NCBI GenBank assembly: GCA_963842605.1
Contig: CAWJGV010000004.1
Span: forward strand, 129,702-153,701
Length of the DNA: 24,000 nt
Source of the DNA: an uncultured Actinomycetes bacterium
GTDB lineage: Bacteria > Actinomycetota > Thermoleophilia > Solirubrobacterales > Solirubrobacteraceae
Direction: 5' to 3'
Shown here piece by piece: positions 7,814 through 16,532 of this stretch. A program made the position numbers and the translations under genes. The notes below the pieces were generated by a model. The model saw nothing but the letters and a program-made list of their open reading frames with translations. It was not told the origin of the DNA and did not search any database. Positions within the stretch are counted from its first letter, which is position 1; every line of letters starts with the position of its first letter.

Positions 7814-9607
7814 CTACTTCGCGTACATCGCCTCGATCTCGTCCCCGTACTTCTCGGCGATCGGCTTGCGCTTGAGCTTCATCGTGGGCGTCAGCTCGTC
7901 GCCGCCGGGGAGCCAGTCGCCCGGGACGATCACGAACTTCTTGACCTGCTCGACGCGCGCCAGCTTCTCGTTGCCCGCGTCGACGCCCTCCTGCACGGCC
8001 TCGCGCACCTTCTCCTCGCCGGCCAGCGCCTCCAGCGAGGTGTCCTCGATGCCCTGCTGGGCCGCCCAGGCCGGGGCGAAGTCGGCGTCGAGCACGATGA
8101 GCGCCGTGTTGAAGGGGCGCTGGTCGCCGATCGTCGCGACCTGGCCGATGAGCGGGCTCGCCCCCTTGAGCGCCGACTCGATGTTCACCGGCGACATGTT
8201 CTTGCCGGCGGCGTTGATGATCAGCTCCTTCTTGCGGTCGACGATCTTGAGGAAGCCCTCGTCGTCGATCTCCCCGATGTCGCCGGTGGCGAGCCAGCCG
8301 TCGGAGTCGATCGTCTCCGCCGTCTTGTCGGGCTGGTTGCGGTAGCCCTGCATGACCACGTCGCCGCGGATGAGGACCTCGCCGTCCTCGGCGAGCTTGA
8401 TCTCGATGCCTGGGGCCGCCGGCCCGACGGTGCCGAGCTTGACCTCGCCGGGGCGGTTGCATGTCCCCGCCCCGCAGGTCTCGGACATGCCCCACAGCTC
8501 GGCCAGTTCCAGGCCGATGGCGTGGAAGAATTCGAGCACCTCGGGCGGAGTGGGCGCGGCGCCGACGTTGATGGCGATGACCTCGTCGAGGCCGAGCATC
8601 TTGCGCAGGCCGGAGAACATCTCCTCGTCGGCCTTCTCCACCGTCGCGGCGAGCTCCTCGGGCACCGGCTCGCGGGCCTGCTCCAGGCGCACCTTCTCGC
8701 GCGCGGCCGTGAGCGCCGCCTCCATCTTCTCCCGCTGCTCGGGAGGCTGGGAGGCCAGCGTCGTCTCGAGCCCCGCCTTGAGCTTCTCCCAGATGCGGGG
8801 GACGGCGAAGAACCACGTCGGCCGCACCTCCGGAAGGTAGGAGAGGATCTCGCGAGGGTTGTCGCAGGTCGTGACCTGGCCGCCGAAGGCGATCGGGATG
8901 TAGTGGTGGGCGTTCCGCTCGGCCACGTGCGCCGAGGGCAGCCAGGAGATGACCTTGGCGTTGTCGGGAAACTCGATGATCTCCTCGATCGTCCCGATCG
9001 CCGCCAGCAGGTTCTCGTGCGTGAGCTCGACGCCCTTGGGCGGACCGGTGGTGCCGGAGGTGTAGATCAGCGTGAGGATGTCGTCCGGCTCGACGGCGCG
9101 CCACGCGGCGTCGGCGTCGAACTCCGGGTGGGAGACCTCGACCTCCTCGAGCGTCAGCGTCCCGTCGCCGCCCTTGCCGTCGACCACGATCAGGTGCTCG
9201 AGGTCGGGCAGGCCCTGGCGGGCCTGGACAAAGGTTTCACGGAACTGCTCCTCGATGATCGCGACCTTCGCGCCGGCGTCGGAGACGATGTACTGGATCT
9301 GGTCGGGCGTGTAGGTCTGGTAGATCGAGAACGGGGTGGCGCCGAGCGTCATCGCGGCGAGGTCGGCGAGGTGGAATTCGGGGCGGTTGCCGAACATGAG
9401 CGCCACGGTGTCGCCGCGCTTGACGCCGAGCTTGTCCAGGCCGCCGGCGAGCGCGTCGACGCGGTCGCGCAGGCGCCCCCAGGTGAGGGAGACCGAATCG
9501 TCCTTCGTACGGAACGCGACGCGGTCGGGGACGCGGTCGACCGTGTCGCGGAACGCCTCGGCCATCGTGGTGGCCGTCAGCTTCCTCGTCGCCGTGCTGC
9601 CTTCCAT
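7814..9607 (-). CDS. AMP-forming long-chain fatty-acid--CoA ligase (FadD-like)
   Basis: 597 aa with the AMP-binding motif IYTSGTTGPPKGVELTH, then GWLATGDIG and TPTMKLKRK. A strong SD (GAGGAGGGAG) lies 7 nt before ATG 9607. Confidence 0.93.
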   Translation of the reverse strand: MEGSTATRKLTATTMAEAFRDTVDRVPDRVAFRTKDDSVSLTWGRLRDRVDALAGGLDKLGVKRGDTVALMFGNRPEFHLADLAAMTLGATPFSIYQTYTPDQIQYIVSDAGAKVAIIEEQFRETFVQARQGLPDLEHLIVVDGKGGDGTLTLEEVEVSHPEFDADAAWRAVEPDDILTLIYTSGTTGPPKGVELTHENLLAAIGTIEEIIEFPDNAKVISWLPSAHVAERNAHHYIPIAFGGQVTTCDNPREILSYLPEVRPTWFFAVPRIWEKLKAGLETTLASQPPEQREKMEAALTAAREKVRLEQAREPVPEELAATVEKADEEMFSGLRKMLGLDEVIAINVGAAPTPPEVLEFFHAIGLELAELWGMSETCGAGTCNRPGEVKLGTVGPAAPGIEIKLAEDGEVLIRGDVVMQGYRNQPDKTAETIDSDGWLATGDIGEIDDEGFLKIVDRKKELIINAAGKNMSPVNIESALKGASPLIGQVATIGDQRPFNTALIVLDADFAPAWAAQQGIEDTSLEALAGEEKVREAVQEGVDAGNEKLARVEQVKKFVIVPGDWLPGGDELTPTMKLKRKPIAEKYGDEIEAMYAK

Positions 9608-9616
9608 CTCGCTCCC

Positions 9617-9637
9617 TCCTCGCTGAACTTGCGAGGA
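9617..9637 (-). promoter_or_regulatory. 7-bp hairpin overlapping the fadD-like Shine-Dalgarno site
   Basis: The minus-strand RNA reads TCCTCGC-aagttca-GCGAGGA followed by GGGAGCGAG-ATG. The 3' arm supplies the first bases of the SD. It sits between the small ORF stop (9684) and ATG 9607. Confidence 0.25.
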
Positions 9638-9683
9638 ACGCTACCGGAGCGGTGTGGGTGCGGGCGGCTGTTGGGTTCTGGCG

Positions 9684-9842
9684 CTAGGCGGCGCGGCGCT
9701 CGGTGCGCGTGCGCTCGTCCCAGGCCGCGTTTCGCGGCGGGACGGCGAGCAGCGAGCGAGCGACCAGCGTGACCTGCCGGCGGTGCTGGTCGGCCTGAAG
9801 ATGGCCGGCGCGGCGGGTCTCTCGGACGATCGGTGTCTTCAT
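9684..9842 (-). CDS. Small, highly basic hypothetical protein (52 aa)
   Basis: ATG 9842 is preceded by GCAAGGAGAGCTGTG, so AAGGAG lies 7 nt upstream. Sequence: MKTPIVRETRRAGHLQADQHRRQVTLVARSLLAVPPRNAAWDERTRTERRAA. About 45 of 51 codons end in G/C, matching the coding bias here. I recognise no family. Confidence 0.5.
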   Translation of the reverse strand: MKTPIVRETRRAGHLQADQHRRQVTLVARSLLAVPPRNAAWDERTRTERRAA

Positions 9843-9933
9843 CACAGCTCTCCTTGCCTTCCGACTACTTCTACGCAAACGCCGCTATCGGCGGACTATT
9901 GCGGCAAAGAACCGGTGCATCGGGAGCATTTCG

Positions 9934-11007
9934 TCAACGGACCCCGAACCCCTCCCCTCGCAGCCGGTCGATGTCGTTCGACAGGCCGATGAAGAACAGC
10001 GCCATCACGAGCAGGAAGCCGACCACGCTGGCGCGCTCCATGACCGAGAAGGCGATCGGCCGGCCGCGGACCTTCTCGGCCAGCGCCCAGAAGATGTGAC
10101 CGCCGTCGAGGGGCAGGAACGGGAAGAGGTTCACGATGGCCAGCGACAGCGAGATGATGGCCAGCACCACGAAGGCCTGCGCGACGTCGTACTTGATCGT
10201 CTGCTGGAGCGCGTCCGACGTGCCCACCACTCCGGAGATCTGCTTGCGCTGCTCCGGCTCGAAGATCCGCGCCAGCGCGGACACCGTTCCCTTCGTCACG
10301 CGCCACATCCCGGACACGCTCAGCGACGCCGCCTCCAGCGGGCCCACGTCCTTGAACTTGGTGTCGAAGGCGAACCCGATCCGCATTCGCCGCGCCGCCG
10401 CGTCGTAGCGCGGCGTGAGCCGGAAGGTCCGCAGCTCGCCATCGCGCCGCACGACGACGGTGGCCGGGGTCGTGGCTCGACAGCCGTTGACCTGGCGCCC
10501 GGCGCAGCGGTGCGCCGCCGTGGCCTTGACCAGTTCCTCGGGACCGCCACGCTTGCCGTCGATCGAGACGATCTCGTCGCCCGGCCGGAGCACACCGGCG
10601 GCGGGCGGGCGGAGCCCCGCCTTGGCCACGGCCTCCGTGGTCTGAGCCTGGCCCTTGATCACGAACAGGCCCCAGAGGATGAGGAAGGCCACGAGCACGT
10701 TCATCGCCGGCCCGGCGGAGATCACGACGACCCGCTTCCACACGGGCTGGCGGTAGTAGGCGCGCGACTCGACCTCGGGGGCGATCTCCTCGTTGGGGTT
10801 CATTCCCGTGATGCGGACGTAGCCGCCGAGCGGGATGGCGCCGATCCCGTATTCGGTCTCGCCCCGGCGCACCTTGAACAGCAGGGGCGGGAAGAACAGC
10901 GCGAAGCGCTCGACCCGCATCCCCACTCGCTTGGCCGCGATGAAGTGGCCGAACTCGTGCAGGATGATCAGCGCGGCGAAGCCGACGATGGTGAGGAACC
11001 AGCTCAC
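9934..11007 (-). CDS. rseP: RIP site-2 zinc metalloprotease, M50 family with PDZ domain (RseP/Rip1-like)
   Basis: 357 aa from a GTG start, with HEFGHFIAAK (HExxH) in the first TM region, a central PDZ-like segment, and NLFPFLPLDGGH near the C-terminus. It sits directly downstream of dxr, as in many bacteria. Confidence 0.93.
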   Translation of the reverse strand: MSWFLTIVGFAALIILHEFGHFIAAKRVGMRVERFALFFPPLLFKVRRGETEYGIGAIPLGGYVRITGMNPNEEIAPEVESRAYYRQPVWKRVVVISAGPAMNVLVAFLILWGLFVIKGQAQTTEAVAKAGLRPPAAGVLRPGDEIVSIDGKRGGPEELVKATAAHRCAGRQVNGCRATTPATVVVRRDGELRTFRLTPRYDAAARRMRIGFAFDTKFKDVGPLEAASLSVSGMWRVTKGTVSALARIFEPEQRKQISGVVGTSDALQQTIKYDVAQAFVVLAIISLSLAIVNLFPFLPLDGGHIFWALAEKVRGRPIAFSVMERASVVGFLLVMALFFIGLSNDIDRLRGEGFGVR

Positions 11008-11011
11008 GGGC

Positions 11012-12165
11012 TCACGCCTGAACGCCCACCAGCTCGGCGGCCGACTCGCGGGCCTGGCGATCGGCGTCGTAGAGCGACTCGAACGAGTGGACGACGCCCG
11101 CGCCGAGCCGGTCGAGGACGCGCTCGATCACCTCGGCGATGCCGAGGAAGCCGAGGCGGCCGTCGAGGAAGGCGTGGACGGCGACCTCGTTGGCGGCGTT
11201 GAGCACGCAGGGCGCGGTCCCTCCGGCGCTCGCCGCCTCGCGGGCCAGGCGCAGGCACGGGAATGCCTCGAGGTCGACCGCCTCGAAGGTGAGCGCGCCG
11301 ACGTCGACCAGGTCGAGGGTGGGCACCGGCACGTCCACGCGCTCGGGATGGTGGAGGGCGTAGGCGATCGGAACCCGCATGTCGGGATAGCCGAGGTGCG
11401 CGAGCGTGGCGCCGTCGCACAGGTTGATCAGGCTGTGCACGATCGACTGCGGGTGCACGACGACGTCGATGCGCTCGTAGGGCACCGCGAACAGGTGATG
11501 GGCCTCGATCAGCTCGAGGCCCTTGTTCATCAGCGTGGCCGAGTCGATCGTGATCTTGCCGCCCATGTCCCACGTCGGGTGCGCGAGCGCCTGCTCGACC
11601 GTGACCTCCTCGAGCTCGGCGCGCGCGCGTCCGCGGAACGGGCCGCCCGACGCCGTCAGCACGAGCCGGTCGACCGTGCCCGCCGGCTCGCCGGCGATCA
11701 GCTGGTAGAGCGCGGAGTGCTCGGAGTCGACCGGGATGAGCGCGGCTCCGGTGGCCTCGGCGAGCTGGGTCACCAGGTCGCCGCCGACGACCAGCGACTC
11801 CTTGTTGGCGAGCGCCAGGTCGATCCCCTCCCCCAGGGTCGCCACGGTCGGCCCCAGGCCGGCCGCTCCCACGAGGGCGTTGAGGACCAGCTCGGCCCCC
11901 GATTCGGTGACGAGGCGCACGAGGCCCTCGGCGCCGGAGAGCACCTCGCCCTCGGTCCACGCCTCCGCCGCGCGCGCGGCCGCCGCGGGATCGGCGAGCG
12001 CGATGCGCCGGACGCCGTGCGCGCGCGCCTGCTCGACCAGGCGCTCCCACGAGCGCTCGGCGCACAGGCCGACGAGCTCGAGGTCGTCGGGGAGCGCGCG
12101 ACGATCTCGAGCGCCTGCGTGCCGATCGAGCCGGTGGAGCCGAGGATGAGCAGCTGCCGGGGCAT
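11012..12165 (-). CDS. dxr: 1-deoxy-D-xylulose-5-phosphate reductoisomerase, interrupted by one frameshift as sequenced
   Basis: The N-terminus MPRQLLILGSTGSIGTQALEIVARSP (ATG 12165) is in one frame. From 12088 downward a different frame reads DDLELVGLCAERSWERLVEQ...NKESLV...DSEHSA...NKGLE..., ending at TGA 11012-11014. The total of 1154 nt is not a multiple of 3. One extra C in the coding-strand CCCC run (12089-12092) would restore ...ARSPDDLELVG... Confidence 0.9.
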
Positions 12166-12183
12166 GGGCCGCGGAGTGTACGT

Positions 12184-12201
12184 CGGGCGTCTTTGCGCCC
12201 G
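12184..12201 (-). terminator. 6-bp GC hairpin between the acylase stop and the dxr start
   Basis: CGGGCG-caaaga-CGCCCG on the transcribed strand. There is no U-tract, so terminator function is doubtful. Confidence 0.15.
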
Positions 12202-12209
12202 GTGAAGCC

Positions 12210-14965
12210 CTAGCGCCCGGCGCTGCGCGTCAGCTCGACGACCTGCTGGAACGTCGGGCGGTTCTGGAAGGGGAAGGGCGGCGAGGTCGATGGCGCTCGC
12301 GATCGTCCAGCGGTTGCGGTCGAAGCAGCTGGATTGCGCGTTCGACTCGCAGCGCCGGCGCCGTACACGCCCTGGCGGGTGACCGACAGCGCGTCGGCCG
12401 AGCGACGCCCGGAGCGCCGACCGGCAGGTTGCGCGAGCCGTTGCCGCAGAACACGCGCGACTAGCGGCCGCGGACCGTCGGCGCCCCGCGCGGTATGCGG
12501 CGAGCGCAACGCGACCGGCCGCGGACGCGCCGGCAGACTCGCACGGGCGGACAGCAGGTCGCGCAGGTCCTTGCTCGCGTAGCCCCACCATCCGCTGAAG
12601 AAGTCGGGCGCGGCAGGATCGGTCCCGACGATGCTGCCGGTGGGGAGCATCTTCTCCAGCGCTTGAAGGTGTCGTCGCCCAGGGCCGGCGCGGAATTCCG
12701 CGTCGAGCAGCTTCGGCCACCACGCGTCCATCAGGGTGATGGCGTCGTCGTTCTCGTTCGCCCCGTTCTTGTCGAGGTCGCGGCGATGGCCGCCGGCCGC
12801 GTGCCAGCGGTCGAGCAGGGCCATGGCGTCGCGCAGCTTGGGATCGGCGCGGACGCCCGAGCACCTTGCGCAGCGTCGGCCACAGCTGCACGGAGCGGAT
12901 GTCCTCGCTCGCCGGCTCCTCCATGGCGCTGACGAGCTCGTTGATCGACATCTTCCGACCCTTGCGCAGCGCCGCCCGGACGTGGTTGCGGATCAGCTGC
13001 ATGGCGCTGCAGGGGCCCGTAGGCGTACTGATCGTCCGCCGCCGCCCAGCCCGGCGCCTGCTTGCCGTTCCAGGAGATCAGGTAGGGCGGGTCGATGGCG
13101 TTGGGGTGCTTGGCGAACGGAAGCACGCTGAGCGTGTGGTCCTCGGGGTTGTAGCCCTGCCAGTCGAATTCGCCGGTGCCCAGGACGGGGAAGTCCGGCG
13201 AGGTCCTGGCGGCGCGCTGCGGGTACCAGCCGGAGAGGTAGTAGGCGATGTGCTTGGAGTCCACGTAGGCCCAGTTGAAGGCGAAGTTGATGTTCGAGGC
13301 GGCCCGCTGGAAGCGCTGCGGGCTCGTGATGAAGTTCGGGTCGTTGAGCTGGATGAAGCCCAGGGCGCTGTCGGCCTCATGGAAGTACGTCGTGCGGGAG
13401 CTCACGAACGCCACCTTCTTCCCCTTGACCGTCCCGCGGGCGTAGACGATCCCGTGGACCGTCCTCAGGGCGGTCAGGGTCTCCGACCCCGGCGGGGTCT
13501 GGTCGCCGGCGTTGGGGGTCCAGGAGTTGTTGCGGTCGAGGCGCTCCATGGCCCGGCACTGGCCCTTGTAGAGGTAGTGGACGTCGTCCTGGCACAGGAC
13601 CTCGGCGAAGGTGTCGACGTTGTCCGAGGTCGCCGTGGTCGCGCTCCAGGCGTAGTCGCGTCCATGGCCGAGCTGCACGTAGAGGTTGACGCCCGGGAAG
13701 GCGGCCCCGCGCGCATCGATGCCCGGGCCGTGGAGGTCCACCTCCATGAGGATCTGCGGGACGTAGTAGCCCACCTGCGGGCCCATCACCGCGATCGGGT
13801 GGCCGTTCGTGGAGTGCTTGGCGCTGACCAGCTCCCAGTTGGACGCGTGCGGCGGGCCGGCGCGCAGGGCGCGCACGAGCTGCGCGCCGATCGATCCGTC
13901 GTCGGGGATCCGCGCGGCCGAGCTGCCGGAGCCCTCGAGCGGCGGCCCCACCGGGGTCGGGGTCACCGAACCGGCGTCGGGGAGCGCCAGCCCTCGGGTC
14001 GAGAAGGCGGACCCGGTCTGGTACGGGAAGCGCTTGGAGACCGTGGTCGGCGCCTCGGGATCGTTCTTCGCGCGGAAGCCCGACCACGCCCGGCGGCCCT
14101 TCGCCGCGCCGAACCGCCGCTGGAACGCCTGGAGGCTCAGGGCCGAGTTGACCTCGTTGCCCCCGCCCTTGCCGAAGATCCCGCCGATCAGGGACGCCGT
14201 GGCGATCACGTCGGTGACCTTCCAGGGCTGCGGCGTCTTGCCGAACGCGGCGTACTCGGCCGGCAGCTTGGCGGGATTCAGCATCGCCTCGGAGATGAAC
14301 TGGTTGATGCCGGCGATGTACTGGTTGACGTCGTCGACGACCTGCTTGCCCACGGCGCCGTAGAGCTTCTCGGCCTTGTCCACCTGCGACTGGAGGTCGG
14401 CCTCCGTATAGGGCGCGATCGCCCACTGCGTGCGATCCATCGCGCGGTTCCCCTCGGCGCCGCCCGCGAACGAGGACAGGTCGGCCCGGCCCGTGTGGCG
14501 CAGGATGTCCATCAGGAACAGCCTGTCCTCGGCTCCCACGTAGCCGGCGCCGAACATCACGTCGCCGCGCGCCTGCCCGTAGACGTGGGGAACGCCGTAC
14601 TGCTTGTCGCGCACGATCGTCACGCCCGGGCGCGGGTGCTCGACCGACGCCACGTCGTCCGGCTTGACGCCGAACGTGGCGTCCTTGAAGAACTGCGGGA
14701 TCTGGTCCCGCGTCAGCTTGGGCGACGCGTAGAGCAGGCCGGTGTAGAGCGGCAGCTGGTCGTCCCAGTGGTTGGGGCGCTGGCCGCCCGCCTGGAACTG
14801 GGCGAGCTGGACCGCGTTGTCGGTGCCGGCCTCGCCGGCCGGCAGGACGTTGCGAAAGCCGCCCGCGTCGTTGAGGCCGTAGGGGGCGTCGTCGGCCGTC
14901 GCGACCGGCGCGAACGTCAGACACGCAGCCGCTGCCGCGATCGTTGCCAGGCCACGCCTCCCCAT
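12210..14965 (-). pseudogene. Secreted penicillin-acylase (S45, Ntn-hydrolase) family protein; the 3' third is broken by at least 7 frameshifts as sequenced
   Basis: Signal peptide MGRRGLATIAAAAACLTFAPVATA-DD (ATG 14965). Family-typical blocks follow, including the nucleophile context HASNWELVSAKHSTNGHPIAVMGPQVGYY. The frame is continuous from 14965 to about 13006. The sequence then continues in other frames: MQLIRNHVRAALRKGRKMSINELVSAMEEP..., DPKLRDAMALLDRWHAAGG..., VFCGNGS, TCRSALRASL, ADALSVTRQGVYG, CESNAQSSCFDRNRWTIASAIDL, PPFPFQNRPTFQQVVEL-stop. Confidence 0.85.
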
Positions 14966-15032
14966 GCCGCGCGGAAATCTAGTGCACCGTGGACTCTCCG
15001 CGCGCCGGTTCTGCCACGGCCCAGCCGGCCGG

Positions 15033-16503
15033 TCAGGCGGGCTGGAGGCGGTATTCGTCCAGCTCGAAGCGGCGCGTGCGCTGCCACAGGCGCCACATGA
15101 AACCGGGCCACCAGACGCCGTTGCGGCCGTTCGGGTCCAGATACCAGCTCGCGCAGCCGCCGGCGTTCCAAACGCTGTCGCGCAGCTTCTGCTCGGCCTC
15201 GCGCGCGAAGGCGTCGTAGACCTCGGGCCGGACCTCGACGGTGCCGAGCCCATGGCGGTCCATCGCCTTGATCGCGCGCAGGGCGTAGTTGATGTGCGCT
15301 TCGCTGGTGAAGATGATCGAGTTGAAGCCGCCGGCGCTGTTCGGGCCCGACGAGCAGGAAGAGGTTGGGGAAGCCGGCGATGGTCGTTCCCAGATAGGCG
15401 CGCGGCGAGCCCTTCCACGCCTCGCGCCAGCGTCAGGCCGCCGCGGCCGCGGACTCCGCTCGAACCCGGGGTTGTCGTGCACGTGGAAGCCCGTGCCGAG
15501 GATGATCGAGTCGACCTCGCGCTCGGTCGCCGTCGACGGTGACGATCGAGCGCTCCCGGACCTCCCGGATCCCGTCGGTCACGACCTCCGCGTTGGGCTG
15601 GGCGAGCGCCGGGTAGTAGCTGTCGGACATCGTGATCCGCTTGCAGCCGATCGTGTAGCTCGGCGTGAGCTTGGCTCGCAGCTCGGGGTCGCGCACCTGG
15701 CGCCGCAGGTGGCGGCGGGCGACGGCCTCCAGTCCCTTGGCCAGTCGCTTGTCGACCATCGTGCCCAGGACGGTCGCCTCCATCACCAGGTAGACGAGGC
15801 CGCGCAGCGCCCGCTGGGCGGCGGGCACGCGCTCGAACAGCCGGTGCTCGAAGTCGGTGAGCGGGCGGTCCGGGTCCGGCATCACCCAGGAGGGCGTGCG
15901 CTGGAAGAGGTGCAACCGGGCGACCCGCGGCTGGATCCGCGGGACGAACTGGATCGCGCTCGCGCCGGTCCCGATCACGGCGACCCGCTCGTTGTCCAGG
16001 TCGTGGTCGTGGTCCCACTGGGCCGAGTGGAACTGCGTGCCCTCGAAGCGCTCGAGTCCGGGGATGTCGGGGATCGAGGGGTTGCTCAGACCTCCCTGGC
16101 CGCCGACGAGTACATCGGCCGTGATCTCCCCCTGCGAGGTCTCGACGCGCCAGCGCCGCCGGTCGTCGTCCCAGGCCGCGCCCGTCACCTCGTGGTCGAA
16201 CCGGACGAAGGGCATGACGCCGAAGTCGGTGGCGCAGCGGCGCAGGTAGTCGCGGATCTCGGCCTGGAGCGGATAGGTGCGCGTCCAGTTGGGGTTCGGC
16301 GCGAACGAGTACGAGTAGAGCACCGACGGGATGTCGCACTGGCAGCCGGGGTACGTGTTGTCGCGCCAGGTGCCGCCGATCTCCGAGGCGCGCTCGATCA
16401 CGACGAAGTCCTCGATGCCCTCCTGCTTGAGGCGAATCGCCATCCCCAGGCCGGAGAACCCAGCGCCGATGATGGCTACCCGGTGATGCTCGCTCTCGGT
16501 CAC
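15033..16503 (-). pseudogene. Type I Baeyer-Villiger (flavin/NADPH) monooxygenase, with four frameshifts in its 3' third as sequenced
   Basis: GTG 16503. FAD GxGxxG motif RVAIIGAGFSGLG, exact BVMO fingerprint FEGTQFHSAQWD (FxGxxxHxxxW[P/D]), and a second Rossmann motif VAVIGTGASAIQ. After ...IVTVDG the sequence continues in three other frames: TEREVDSIILGTGFHVHDNPGFE, GVRGRGGLTLA, EAWKGSPRAYLGTTIAGFPNLFLLVGP, NSAGGFNSIIFTSEAH...RLQPA-stop. 1471 nt equals 3n+1. Confidence 0.85.
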
Positions 16504-16532
16504 GGCTCCCGGCAGTCTGCCACCCTCTGAGC

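Noticed and set aside
14966-15032. TAGATT 10 nt upstream of the acylase ATG, considered as a -10 element.
   Set aside because: There is no acceptable -35 element at 16-18 nt. A single hexamer match in a 67-nt spacer is not enough support.
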